Numbered from the stretch's first letter, positions 24,560-38,413 are shown. The stretch: DNA of 64,000 nt from Cystobasidiomycetes sp. EMM_F5 (GCA_051047955.1 JBPGPT010000009.1:310001-374000); one strand, 5' to 3'. A program made the numbers and translations. Notes: a model not told the origin generated them from the sequence alone.

Positions 24560-25768
24560 TCATATAGTAGCGATACTGATCGGTCTCTGCTCGTCTATAC
24601 TCATAAAGAAGGCCTCGATTATCTGTACTGCGCGCAACCCATCATAACCGCTGCATCTCGGCTCCTCCTGACCTCTGATGACGCGTACGAAGTGTTCGCA
24701 TTGTGCAGTATATGGATCGTGCATATCGACGCGCATCGGCTTGTCTGCCTGCAGCGGTTTCATCCAATTACCCGAGCCCTCATGCGAGTCGTGATGCCAA
24801 CGCTTCAGCTCTGGGACAGCCAAGCTACCGTTCGTGCCGATAACATGGTAGATATTCTGTCCGGCGAGAGGAAAGTGTACACTCTCTCCTGTTGCCTGCT
24901 CCCATGTCCAAGGTGATGTGCCAACACTAGTGTGGAAGAATGAGACCACTCAGTAGGCGAAGCGCCGCGCAGCATTCAGTCCATCGGACTCACTCTGTCA
25001 TTACAAAAGTTCCTACCGCCCCGTTGGCCATACTGAACACCACTGCTACTGTTTCTTCTGCTTCGAAACCTCGCGTTCTAGGGCCCACCTCGACATACAC
25101 TTTGACGATTTCACTCATCATGACGTATCTCACAGCATCAACCTCGTGAATCATGTTGATCAAGAGCTTTGCAAAGTATTTCCCAGCTTAGCAATCACAT
25201 TCGAGCCTAAATGCAAATCCCATCAACTTACAGGTCCTCCACTTTTAAATTGACGCCGCCATTCAGCGTCAAAGTACGGTAAAGGTTTCTTTGTTGCCCA
25301 AATTCCGCTGTAAGCGATCAATTTCCCGAGGTTGCCAGTCTCCACTGCTGCTTTTGCTGCCGTCAAGTATGGATTGAAGCGACGGTGATGCCCCACCATG
25401 AGTTTCGCATTGCCTTCAGCCGCGGCTTGCAACAAGAGTTTTCCACTCTCCGTATCAATGGAGACGGGCTTCTCGATAATGCAGTGTATACCAGCTTTGA
25501 GTAGCATTACGCCAAGCGGGACGTGCGTAGCGTTTGGCGTAGCAACTATGGCCGCGTCAATACGTATACCAGCAGACATCATGTCGTCGTAGGAAGCGAA
25601 ACAGGGAATGTCATGCTTGGCTCCCAATGCAGTACCAGCTGGCGTAGGGTCGATAAAAGCTACCAGATTCAGATCCGGGGTAGCCAGAGCTGCTTTGACG
25701 TGGACGAGACCAATGAGTCCCGCTGCACCGAAAACGACGAGATTAATTCGGGAGGTTTCGTTAGTCAT
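24560..25768 (-). CDS. Gfo/Idh/MocA oxidoreductase
   Basis: GAAGLIGLVH, IVATPNATH, IEKPVS, VGHHRRFNP, GGP|LLINMIHEVD, SPWTWEQATGE. Confidence 0.92.
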
Positions 25769-26031
25769 GTTAGCTGTGTTAGAGCGGATGAGAGCTGGCC
25801 ATTAGCCTTAGATTTCCACTACTACAGTATACTGCAATGCCAATGCCGCAAGAATAGGGGCACTCCTTGATCTATTCTGCCGTCGCTTTTTGGTTTCTCG
25901 CGTTGCTGACTCGCTGGCACACGTTGCTTATGAGTGACGTTTACGCTACGATACGAGCTCGAGATGTGTGAACTTTTAGCAAATATGTTGGACAGTTTCG
26001 AAGAAAACCGGTTCCAGTCGTCGGCGCCCGA

Positions 26032-27836
26032 ATGACGCGCTCGACTTCGAAGCCAGCACCGCCATCTACAATTACGACGACGCAGCCTCGGCGCTTGCTT
26101 CTGTGGCGCGTGCTGGGCTTCATTGTGGCTGTCAGCCTGTTCTATCGCTTGAACGCCGTTACTCTGCGAGCGATGCAGCAGCCGTTCCATCCCCAAGGCG
26201 GTCAAGCCGTACCCAGACCCGGCGGCAAGGTCAACATTGGTAGGTCGGCCACGTATAACAGTTGCAGAATGTCTGACACATTGAGACGTGTCCAGGCTAC
26301 TTCACCAACTGGGGCATCTACGGCCGCAAATACCGTCCTCAGGACATTCCGGCCGAGCACACGACTCGTGAGCTCATGGGATCATGGCGCGCATCAGCAG
26401 GCTCTAATCTGCACTCACAGACATCCTGTACTCTTTCGCAAACGTGAAGCCAGATGTAGGCGTCTCATAACGTTGGACAGACACGAATCAGGCACTGACA
26501 TATGCAATTTAGACGGGCGAGGTGTTTCTGACCGACAAATGGGCAGACGAAGAGGTGATTTGAAATGGATCATGGACTGCACTTTATAGGCTGATATTTT
26601 CGCGCTCAGATACACTGGGAAGGCGACTCGTGGACTGATTCCGGCACAAATCTCTACGGATGCTTCAAGCAACTGTACCTACTGAAGAAGCAGCATCGCC
26701 ATCTAAAAGTCCTTCTAAGTATTGGAGGATGGGTAAGTAGTGCCGTCTTGGTCACGAACAAACGCTGACTGCGGTTCAGTCATATTCGCCGGCGTTTAAG
26801 GACGCAACATCTACAGCCGAGAAACGCGCAAATTTCGCACGATCCTGCATACAACTCGTCGAAGATTATGGCATTGATGGCATTGACATCGATTGGGAGT
26901 ACCCGGCCAATGGCTCAGAAGCAGACAATTACGTCGACTTGCTACGAACCGTTCGACAGGCTTTGGACAATTTGGCTGCAGCAAAAGGCGAACAGGCAAA
27001 CGGCTACGAGCTGAGTATTGCGGCAGTCAGTGCCTTCCCCATTGTACTGGCTATTTCTGAAACTAATTGCGTACTCTGTGAAGCCTTGTGGTCCGTCTCA
27101 CTACGAAAAGCTCAAGATTCGGGAGATGGATCGATACCTTTCGTTCTGGAATCTCATGGCTTACGAGTAGGCAGTCTCGCGCATCACTTATCCTTAAGTC
27201 CTACTGAGTCCTGTTTCAGCTATGCTGGCAGCTGGGACAGTAAATCAGGCCACCAAGCCCGCTTGTTCGGTGGTCCGCAGGACCTGTCTACGGATCGAGC
27301 TCTCAGATACTTCGGTTCTCAGGGTGTTCCTTCTGACAAGATCGTCTTCGGGATTCCTTTGTACGGTCGATCTTTCATGAATACGGATGGACCCGGACAA
27401 CCGTTCCAAGGTGTTGGGCAGGGCAGCTGGGAAGCAGGAACATATGATTACAAGGCGCTGGTGAGAAGACATTTGCATGTATTTTTTGGCCTGCTTGCTG
27501 ATCTCAAGCATTGCCTTGTGACATTCGCAGCCGCTCAACGGCGCGCAAGTGCATACAGATACTCAAGCCGTTGCGTCTTGGTCTTATTCCCCCGGGACGC
27601 GAGAGCTGGTTTCGTACGATACGCAAAAGGTGGCCGTCATGAAGGCAGACTTTATCGCTCGCAATCACTTCCTCGGAGCCATGTACTGGGAATTATCGGG
27701 CGATCACCCTGTGCAAACAGGCAATGCAATTGTCCCCGCAGTTGCAGGCAGACTCGGAGGAGCTCTCGATGCGCGTCCTAATCATTTGAATTTCCCCACT
27801 AGCAAGTTCGAGAATCTACGGAAGGGTATGGCTTAA
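26032..27836 (+). CDS. GH18 chitinase (alternative in-frame ATG at 26173)
   Basis: [26 protein letters not shown], catalytic [35 protein letters not shown]. Confidence 0.95.
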
Positions 27837-27951
27837 TATTGCAAACATTAGACTGTGAATCGTTGTCATCAAATCTGTGGCAAAAGATATCTTCGCGTGT
27901 CGATGACACAGGACTTATGCTTTAGACCATCTGCCTGTCAGCCATTACAAT

Positions 27952-28442
27952 ATGACAGACAATCCTACGAGTATCCAAGCTCAAAAGGCCTCACTGCTGG
28001 CCGATGCGTCGTGTCCGTGCCATTTGCTATGGAGATCGTTGCTTAGGCTAATACTCGACGTCTCTTCGTGTCAGTGGACCATGAGAACAAGGTCGGCATT
28101 GAGAACCAGATCAATACAGACAGTGGAGCGAGTCTAGGAGCAAGCATCAAATCCGTATTTGGTCTCGGAAGCACAGCCTCAGAACCTGTATCGACGGCAT
28201 CGATCAATACGACCGCATCAAGCAGTGGGGCAACCTCAACAGCCGGAGTTGTGAGTCCGCTTGATGCACGCAGTGAGAGAGTAACTGATCTATTGCGTGC
28301 TAGATTCCTACGGGTATTGATGCAATCAGGGCTGCTGGCCCGCAATCTCACAGCCAAGGGAATCACTCCTACTCAGAACCACATCATAGTTCACGGCAGG
28401 GGCCGACTTCTTAAGTCTGTAGCATCAAGAAACAATGAATAA
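27952..28442 (+). CDS. Small hypothetical protein (2 exons)
   Basis: MTDNPTSIQAQKASLLADAS plus a putative GTCCGT...GCTAAT...TCAG intron joins the ORF 28068-28442 frame. Confidence 0.4.
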
Positions 28443-28472
28443 TGCAGCCTGGAATATCAAAAACTCGCCTCT

Positions 28473-29988
28473 TCAGGCTCTGCGTCGTGTTGCGGCTTTA
28501 CCGGCCATATACTGATACGTTGCCATATTGCTTTCGATGGCCTCTTGCACAATTTTGGGCATCTCTCTCGCCTCTTTTAGCTTCTGCGCCTCGCGACTCG
28601 CTTGATCAGTGGCATTTCCTGCCGGTCTGGCTATCCCCGTACTCTTCTCCGCATCGTCCTGTAAATCGTGCACGGAACTCAGTTACTGACTCTAGCATCG
28701 AGTCTCAACAACTCACATGAAAACCTGACCATTTCTGATACTCACTTCCGAGTCAGCAGGGCGCATTACATCTGAATTCTTCTCCATACCTTGAAATGCT
28801 CTTGCACCTCACCACCTGTCCATGTGCACATGTCCTCGCTGAAATCAACCCTACATGCCTCGCAAAAGTCGCTCATGACCTATAGGTAGCGGAATTCCGA
28901 ATCAGGATGCACTCAGTCTCGGTAAGAGGTGGGTCAAGTCACCTGTATCGGGTTTTGCAGCAGATCTTCAGCCGTGATGACAGTTGGCGTTTGACCTTTA
29001 GATACTAGCCAGTCATATAGAATTCTAAGATCAGGAGGGTAAACGAAGGAGCTTGCATCGTCTGTCGCGAAGCGTGTCTTACTGGGATTCCTTCAAGCCC
29101 ACTTCTTCGGGTTCGAAATAATCAAAGCCCGTCGTTTCCGATTTTGGCGGTATGCAAAGTCTGTAGTAGCCTGCTCTTCTGTTAGTATGGCATGCTGATT
29201 GGCCTCCAGTGTTACTCACTCGGAACAGCCTTTGTCGGGGAGCGGACCAAGAAAGCGTGATGGATGTCAGGATTTAGGAGGTCATGAGACGGAATGACCG
29301 TCGGATTGCCGTCTTCAGAGTCGGGTAAGTCTGGACGTGTTTCAATATTCGATGGAGGTATGATGTAGTGAGCCATCTACGGATGCGTACAGGAATCAGA
29401 AGGCAGATATATTGCGATTGCAACGTCTGTCAAAATATACGTACATCTTTGACAAACGTCCTTGGTTTCCCATCAGCTCCCTGTTCAACTATATTTCGCC
29501 ATTCCTGATGCCACAGAAGAGATGCAAGTTCAGTCATTCCACAAGATGATGAAGCTAGAATTGACAAGTGATTCTGACTGACCGCTGCAAAAGAGAGCTT
29601 GCCATATTTTTCGAAGAATTCGGGTTTACTTTCGTGATTGAATCGATTGCTCATCCTCTGCGGTCCATAGTAATAAGGTTCGCCAAGCGGTTCGTGAAGT
29701 ACTCTGCATTGAAGGCCTGCGTGTCAGCATGCACAAGGTCAATAGCAGAAAGCATGTAACGCAGATTGCTTTCAGACTACCCTCATACTTACCGGAACTC
29801 TTTCCGTTGAAGAAACGCCATCTCAAACATGGTTGAACATCTGCACATGTTGTGAACGCATCGTGTTGCATTTGTTGCATTTATCAGATAAGGGCGGTTG
29901 AAGGATCTTGATACCGCTCTGCAAGAACGACCACTCACGACCGTGGATGCGACCATAGAATGATTGTGCGACCTTGACTTATTGTCAT
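28473..29988 (-). CDS. Sulfotransferase-like P-loop protein (Sulfotransfer_5-type), ~9 exons; largely missed by the ORF track
   Basis: Manual splicing gives IILWSHPRSCSTMFEMAF, VLHEP, FVKDMAHYI, HAFLVRSPTKAVPSYYR, ITAEDLLQNP, KWSGFHDDAEKSTG. Confidence 0.82.
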
Positions 29989-31407
29989 CTCTGCGGCTTT
30001 CGTTATGAAGCGGAGCAAACAGCATTTGCTTACGGCCTCAGGCTGTCACCTAAAATTCGGAAGTGGCGTGCGTTTGTAACTTCTTCAGACTCCGACTCAA
30101 TAGGAGTAGTTGGCAGAACTGCGTGGCTCACCTCATGACAACCATCCATAAACGAGACTTCGCAGCCAGATTATACGGGATCGCTGCAGGCACAGCGGCC
30201 AGCGCGATAGACCTCGTCTCTTGAAATGCGTCACGTCGAGAAAGAACCACAGAAACCAAATGACTATAAAAGAACAATCATTCTATAAATGCTGACATGT
30301 CAGAGACTCTCCTTTTGGAACCGGCCAACCACTGTCAAGCCAGGCATTACGTAGAAAAAAAAAAGGGTTCTTATTTGACGAAAGAATACTTACATCCATG
30401 ACAACGTTGGGCTCCTCAGGTCCTCTACACGTGTCGGCGACCGTCGTGCGATTCGCTCAGCTTACAACGAGGCGTCAGTCGAATATCCTACATGAAAATA
30501 TGCATTACAAGTTTCTGATGCTGGGTCGTGCCGGGTTATTCGAAAGACTAAGATTGATCCACTTACATAGTCCAAAATTCGTCTGTCAAATCGTTTTAAG
30601 GAACGTGTCGTGGTGTCCAGGAACAGTTTATTGAGAGACGGCATCGGCGGCCTCAATTCGAATTCTCCAGTTTGAGACATGCGATCAATGGCAGAGAACA
30701 TGCCCTGCAGAACATGTTTTGGAGAGTAGCGACATACGTAAGGGTGTAAAGGAAGTCCTGTCATTCGACCTAACCCTGCTTAAGGACATCCAAAGAATGA
30801 TACGTAACAGTGGCCACGTTCGCTAACTCTGCTGTGGAAATTAAGGGTGACCTCAAAGCTGTATCGATAATGATGGTGTCCAGGGTAGCGGTCAATCTGT
30901 GAAGATTCCATGTTTGACGGGTAGTACACCTATCTCTTGCTCAACAGAAAATTTCGTGCGATGTGCAAGACAATTAGCTTAGGGATTCGCTACGTCTGCA
31001 GCCATAAGTCATCTTGCGCGCTGCACCAAGACTGTGCTGTCCCCAGCAGCTACGATTGCTTCAGCGGTGAGTGAGAATCTGAATGAGATGCTTCAGCGAA
31101 GGCGTTTGATGGGAGCTGCAATTGAGTGTAAGAGTGAATGACGATGCTGCATAAGCATTAGCATAGACCACATTGTCACCTATGTCGGTGGCTCTATGTC
31201 CACTTGCGTCGTTAACGGACTGCGGTCAACCTCACGTCAGACTAATTGAGTAAAATTAGCTCTGCGGCTTGGACGTGACGGCGCTTTCCATCCAGCCATA
31301 CGGACTCTGCGTCTGCCAAAGCTGAAGGTGGACGTCCTGACTGCGACGACCTGCCGCAACACTGCCCATAGGTGGAGAAGGACCGTAGTCGACCTTTGCA
31401 ATTGGGG

Positions 31408-34400
31408 ATGACCTCAGAGTTGACGAAAGACGGCAATCCATCACAAAACGGCGCTGTACAGGCAAAGCAGAATATGGCCAGCGCTCCTAGCCGCCAGGAC
31501 TCGGCTGGACAGTCTGCTGGTGATCTCCCGCTGTCTCGCACATCAACGCGAAACTCGCAGGCCAGTCTCGGCGATGGCGATCTCATTGGTAGCATAACTT
31601 CCTCGGTCATGTCGGCAGCCAGCAGTCTTTTCGGATCTGCGTCAGGCAGAAGAAAGAGCGTCAGTGCTGCTCAGCCTGACACAAGTACCATTGCAGCACG
31701 GCGAGCCTCAGTGTCTGCTGCCAATGCCCAGACATCGCCGAGCGGGAGCCCTTCAGTCCTAAATAGAAGCCATCCCCTTCGAGGATCGCCAGCTTCTCGC
31801 AACGTTGATTTACCATCTTCTAGCCCTACGTCTTCCACAAATAATACAAGCAGCTCGTCGCCAAGCTCAGCGACTCAAGCGCTACCTAGGGTCATTGCCA
31901 CTGGTGCTCTAGCGCCAGCGGCGACGACGATCACTAGAAATCAAGGATCTCCAGCCGGCCAGACCGTTCCTCTCCCTATTCCATCTCGTCCAAATGCATT
32001 CGCGGCCTCGTCCGCCGGCTCCGGCAACTCAATCTTCTCTCAAGCCCAAGCTTCTACCCCCGCAACAACGCCATCGAGGTCTCCTCAACCGGCTCGCGTT
32101 CCTGCAATGCCGTCGCCTGGTGGTGCTCTGACACCGGGGAGGCAGCCTCTGCCAACCCCTCAAGCTGTGCAATCACGATTGCGGACGCTCCCGCGATTGG
32201 CGTCCTATTCCGCTCCAAAAACGATTACAGAATCTGCTGGTCGGCGTCCAGGCTCTCGCGACGCTCAGCAGCGACCTGAAGCAGAGTACGATACTTCGAC
32301 AACCATGTCCGGGACCGATACAGCGGCCGATGATGACGAATCAGAAACAGACGACGACAGTGACGGCGATGACGCTGAGCACGACGAGCGTGATGTACGC
32401 GGCGGCCAGTCTGGCATGCAGCGTGCACTGCAACGTCCTGCTCTGCCCACGTTATCCTCTACGAGAGGGTTCGCTAAACCTGGCCCAGGTCGAATGACTC
32501 CATTCACGAATCCAGCCAGTCAATTTTCAGGATGGACGACCTTTCAGACGTCGACACCGACACCAGGGCCAATGAGAACAGCAAAGCCCCATGCTTCAGA
32601 CAATATCGCAAATGCGTCATACTTTGATGTTCGACCCATGTCCAAGTCTGCGCAGACGCCAAAAGCCGACTATTCTTCCGGCGCTCAGCGACAAACGCCA
32701 GGTGGTTTCCGAACATACCCACAGACGCCTGGTGCTAGAGCTTATCCACCCCAAACACCGTCTGCGAACGCATCGCCAGCTAATCGGATCAGGGTGGAAA
32801 CGGCTGTGGCACGAGGCATTCTCACGTCCCCTAGCCAGTCTTTCGTGCAACCGATTTCGCCAGTTACAACATCGAAACCCTCTTCGCCCTTGTCTCCGCC
32901 TTCTCCTACTGCAAGCACTGCACAATCTGATGTCAACGCTCAACCGCCTGTCATGCTGTCGATCGGTCAGGCGGCGACAACGGTCATAGACGATGACACT
33001 GGGCGTCCGACAATCGTCAAGCCGGCGTTCATTCAGACATCTCGACCGTCATTCAAGCATAGACAGTCTCGCAGCCTAGTAGACCTTCGTGCATCGTTCC
33101 GAGAAGCCGAATTGACCCCAGGTGCTGTGAGAGCACCAATCCCTCCTACCGTCAACGCAATAGATCATGCGCCTGCTCCTACCGCATCAATTGCTACAAG
33201 CGAAGTAGCGACACCAGCCAGCGGCGTACACACTGAGCCGGTGCCTCAGTCCCTTCCCGAGACGTCCGAGAGTCTGCAAAGCGGAGATCTTGGAGCTGCC
33301 CAGGTGCAGAATCCATCGCTGAATCGGCGGCACTCATTACCAGAGATGCGTATCGATCCGCCCGTGTACCAGATCGACGACGACTTCCACATATCGTATG
33401 CGCCCAACCAGATTCCGGTGTCCCGCGAAGAAGAGGGCGTGGAGCAGCTGCCAGATTACTCGTGCGATGTGCACATCGAAGGCTACGTTCCGCGAAAGAT
33501 GGAGTTCCTGCAACCGGGAACACAAGCCAAAGATCGTAGATGGAAAAGACAGTACATGATCCTACACGGTACGAGCATCAAGATATACAAATCTGACCCT
33601 CGAAGTAAGGCTGTGGCTGGTGAAGAAGCCCCTCCGACGCCCGGTATTCATAAGGACAACTTCAAGCCCATGTTCCCCAGTGGGCCTTCGTCGAGTAAAG
33701 CTTCCTCAACGGAAGCGGTCAACAGGCAACGCAGAGGTACCAATGCTTCTATACTGTCGACGGCCTCAACCAACTCGGCCAACTCGGCCACATCGGGAAA
33801 CTCAGAGAAGAGTCTACCGTGGAATACGAAGACTGCACAGACTCAGAATGCACGAGTCTTTGATCCCGATGTCCCGGTACATGTTCACGCACGCGACAGC
33901 GAAGAGTCGGGATTATCATCGTTACAACATCCGAGCGCGCTGTTGGCAAAAGCGGGCGATAATCGCGTAGTCCGTCATTACACGTTGCAGGGTGCTGAGT
34001 CTGGCCTGGCTGCGGACTATCTGAAGAGAAGACATGTCGTGCGCATACGAGCTGAGGGCGAGCAATTCCTTATTCAAGCAAACGATGACCGTGCTGTGAT
34101 TGATTGGATAGAAGCTGTAGGTCGTTCTGAATGTATTCGAGAGGTTTCTACTCTAACAGATTCGCGCACAGTTACAAGCTGCTACGAACACTGCACTGGA
34201 CTTGGACGTGCGCCCTTTACCAAAGTTTATCACGCTGCCACGACGCAGACGACGTCGTGCAAGACCTGCCGACGGTACAGCTGCAGCTGCACCTGGAGCG
34301 GCAGGCGCGGCAGGCGGCACTGCTACACCAACGCGCGATGCAACGACCGCCCGCTCTGATGCATTGAATAATATGCTCGCGGATGAGCAGGTGAGACACA

Positions 34401-34485
34401 TTCGACCGGTGCTTCGCGAAGCCAGCTGACAAATTTCTTCATTCAGGCGGACTATGACAGACAGCGTAACGGACTCGTTAGCTAA
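31408..34485 (+). CDS. Ser/Pro-rich protein with a C-terminal split PH domain and PY motifs (yeast YHR131C/YNL144C-like)
   Basis: PPVY; LPDYSCDVHIEGYVPRKME; RRWKRQYMILHGT; YTLQGAESGLAADYLKRRHVVRIRAEGEQFL; WIEALQAATN after splicing. Confidence 0.8.
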
Positions 34486-34805
34486 TCGAGGTGCTGTCAC
34501 TGAATTTCAGTAAAGTAGCAGAGCATTTTCAATGTGTCGGAGTTTGCAAAAGTGCCTCAGGCTGTGAGGAGGCTCGATGTGTCGAGGACATCCTATGCGG
34601 AGAAGTGTGAAAATGTATGGTAGTCCTGGGATGTATGCAGTATGTACAAGCGAGCTCGGCAGTCGCGACGGGAGGTCCTTTCCAACGGCTACGGAGTATC
34701 GACCAGGGATCCAGTTGCCACTCTTCAAGTCGGACGAGCTCCCTCTGCAGCAATTTCTGCAACCTCCATGGCGATCTCTGTTCTAAAGCTCCTTCGCAGG
34801 TCATC

Positions 34806-37800
34806 ATGAAGTTTGCGCAGCAATTGCAGCAAGGCGCTGTTGAAGGTTAGCCGTTTCGTTCGGATGGCAGCGTCATGAGCTAACCTGGTGAGAATCCCTG
34901 CTAACAGAATGGCGCCGAGCGTACGTAGACTATCGTCTTCTTAAGAAGCTCATCAAGCTTGCTGCCAAAAGCCAGGATGTGTCTAGGTCAAGGACAAATG
35001 TCGCCGCTAATGATAGCGAACGTGACCCAGTGCGACCTCCGGTCACCGTAGCATCACCGGAAGACTCGCAAATACTGATAGAAGCTGGGTCTTCCGACGA
35101 AGATGTAACACTGCCAAATATTAGTGGAGCGACAGCGACTCGCGTATCAAGCCGCAGTTCGCGACCCAACTCGATACCACCGCGGCCAAGTATTTCAGCG
35201 GCAGCAGCAGACGCGTTCGCTGGACTTCGCAATCGCAAGGCGTCTGGTCGGACTCTTACTCTAAAAGAATGTACGCCGAGCATTACGACGATTCGTAGTC
35301 GGATGGTCTTGCAACGCTATCAGACTGACCTATAAATGATTACCCACATATGCAGCTCGTTGGCGTTATCCACCAGATCTATCTCTCGAAGAAGCAATGA
35401 CCCAAATGACAGGCGCCGAACGAAAGTTCTTCGTAGTGCTCAATTCGGAGCTTGAGAAGGTGGAGAATTTCTACGAGGAGCGAGAAGGGGAAGCCCTCAA
35501 ACGGTACAAGGTGTTGCGCGAACAGCTTGATCAATTAGCTGAACATCGGCAGGAGTATCTATCTAAACACAGCCAACAATCCAAAATAATCAAGCCGCTC
35601 ATGTCAGCACTCAATAACCCCTTGGAGCGACCGACGCCTACACGCATGCAGAGTACTGGATCGATTGCGCATAGCGCCTCGCATTCCGTGAACCATCACA
35701 AACCAGTCAAGACAACATCGAGCTCGCATATGGGACGTTGGACCACCTACATGCAAGATGGCTTTCATCACTACCAACCAGACAATTACCTCGCCGCTCG
35801 CAGAAAGCTGAAGCTTGCAGTATACGAATTCTACAAGTATCTCGGCTATTTGAAAAATTACAGACTATTGAACCGTACTGGCTTTTCCAAAAGTTGCAAG
35901 AAAATGGAAAAGATGACCAATATCAAGTGTCAGCAGGCCTTCATGGAAAAAGTGCACCATTCGACCTTCAGCAGCTCCACGGTTGTCGATGACTTGCAAG
36001 CGCAGACAGAGACAATGTTCGGCGCAAGTTTCGAGAAGGGTTCGCGAAAGCGTGCGGTGCAAAGATTGCGCTTCATGGGCGCATCCGCGACGACACATCA
36101 TTTTGCTGTATGGCGTGCTGGTATATTCTTGGGCTTGGCAATACCACCTATGGTCGACGCTCTCGTCAGAGGCAAGTAGAGCGTGGCAGCACTGTCTCTA
36201 CTCGGGAAAGCTGACAAGTAAAGCAGTTTGTCAAGACGACACCAGAGCCCGTATACCAGCATGGCCCACGCGTAAGTCCAGCGATACAGTGCGCTGCAGC
36301 AAGGCTTAAGGGCTGAATCTTGCTACAGTCTTACAGATTTGGGGAGCATTGTTCCTGCCCAATCTACTTGGATTTGGGATAGGTTGGAATCTTGTCGGTT
36401 GGGCGGCAGCACACATCAATGTTCCTCTCGTCTTTTACTTTGACGCGCGCACACATATCGATTTCCGCCAGTTCCAGGAAATACCGTCTCTTCTTCTCTG
36501 TGTCTTTGCCTATTGCATGTGGGCTTCCTTCGCAATCGTCAGCGATGTAGTGTCGCCTCAAGTTTGGCCGATCGTGTTCATATGCATTACCATCGTATAC
36601 TTCTTTAACCCCGTTCCGATCTTTCACTATCATGCCAGATGGTGGCTCGTCAGGAGTACGACTCGTGTCATCTCCGCTGGACTCGTCAGGGTCAACTTTC
36701 GAGATTTCTGGCTAGGTGATCAATTCTGCTCACTATACTACCTTTCTTACAATCTCGGACGTGAGTAGGGCCAAACCGCATCACGCAAGATCTGATTGAT
36801 GTTGTTACTAGTTATTGTGTGCTCATATCGACATCATTTCGCCGCGGATACCAACACGTATTGCTCAACAAATGAGACATGGGTTAGCCCAGTTCTGGCC
36901 TCTCTGCCGTATTTATGGCGCTTAGGTCAATCAATCAGGCGATACACAGACGCTCCAGAAGTGCCGTAAGTCGATTACCTCAGCAGCTTATATGATCCTT
37001 ACGGGCTGGGTATATTTGCAGCACGCATTTGGTCAATGCGGGCAAATATTCAGCAGGTGTTCTCTACTTTTTCCTCTATTTCAACTGGCGGATCAACGGT
37101 AAGCACGAAGCTGTTATATTTTGAGTCACATTGCCCAAAATGCATAGCGCCTGACATGTCGGTGCCAGGAAATTCGGGTTTCAATTCGACGTTTGCCTTA
37201 TTCGTAGTTTTCGCTGTCGCAAATAGTACATACTCGGTAGTATGGGACGTCATAATGGACTGGAACTTATTTCAAAGGGACGCCAAACATCGCTTTCTGC
37301 GCAAAGAATTGGCTTACAGGAACAACATTTGGGTAGATATCTGCGAATTCCGCGTGTACACGAAGTGCTGACCCATTTACCAGTTTTATTATTTTGCTAT
37401 ACTTACCAACGTCGCGCTCCGATATACTTGGTTCATTTATATTCCACCATGGGGTAGCGTGCGATTACGGGGATTTTTAGTGGCCGTGCTGGAGACCGTC
37501 CGTCGATGGCAATGGAATGTGAGCACATCAGCTGCCATGCGTACATTCATTCACTCAGTCGGAGCGTCTGCAGTTCATTCGAGTCGAGTCGGAGCATATT
37601 GGAAAGTATGCAACGTGTTTGCTGACTTGACAGCATATGTTGGCTGACGTTCTCTTTACAATAGTGTTGATGGTTTCCGCGCGACACGAGATGTGGTGAG
37701 CTACATCGGGCTACTCTCTGCGGATGTTCTAAACTGTGTGTTCAGCCTTTACCGTATACGCTCCATAATACGTCATCATCTGGGCAGCATGAGTTGGACG

Positions 37801-38264
37801 ATGACGACAATGCAGAGCTATGTATGCCCGAGAAGGGCGGCGCCCTACAGATGAGTCCTCGCACGAGTGCCTTTGCATATCTGCTGCCTGGTGAAGTCGG
37901 GAAGAGACTGAAAGCCGCTATATTTGGAAGCAAAGCGGAGGACGAGTTTGCGAGCGAAGAGGACGACTCAAGTCCGCATGAAGGTCAAGATGCTTCCTCG
38001 TCGGGACGTCACAGCAGTTCTCGCTCGCATTCCGTCTTATCACCTGCTTTGGATCCACAAAGCGAACGATCTCGAATGCGCACGGAAGATCGTGCTTCTT
38101 TGCTAAATAGCAAGAACAATTCGCGCAACTATAACACATTCGGTTGGGACAGTGACGTGGAGGCAGTGAGGCACCCGCAGATCGCTCATACAGCGACACA
38201 TCCTGGAACGGCTGTAGAAGTCGATTTCCCTCGTATGGATGAATGCAATGAGCATCAGACGTGA
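34806..38264 (+). CDS. SYG1: SPX-EXS phosphate exporter, Syg1/XPR1 family
   Basis: MKFAQQL...EWRRAYVDYRLLKK; ELEKVENFY; LNRTGFSKSCKK; FRDFWLGDQFCSL; HLVNAGKY; WDVIMDW; RRWQWNFIRVESEH. Confidence 0.92.
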
Positions 38265-38413
38265 CATTATCATGGCATGCGCATGACATCGATCAGCTAG
38301 CGGGAAGTGACGAATATGGGAAGCGATATGCGGATTGTAAAAGAACGCATGACCAAAGGGATGTTGTAATCCTGCAAAATGGGATACAATATATGACACG
38401 ATAATCAAGCTCG

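Noticed and set aside
34577..34805. Upstream ORF and in-frame upstream ATG before SYG1
   Set aside because: SPX proteins start at MKF, and the region likely overlaps the upstream gene's 3'UTR; no evidence it lies in the SYG1 mRNA.
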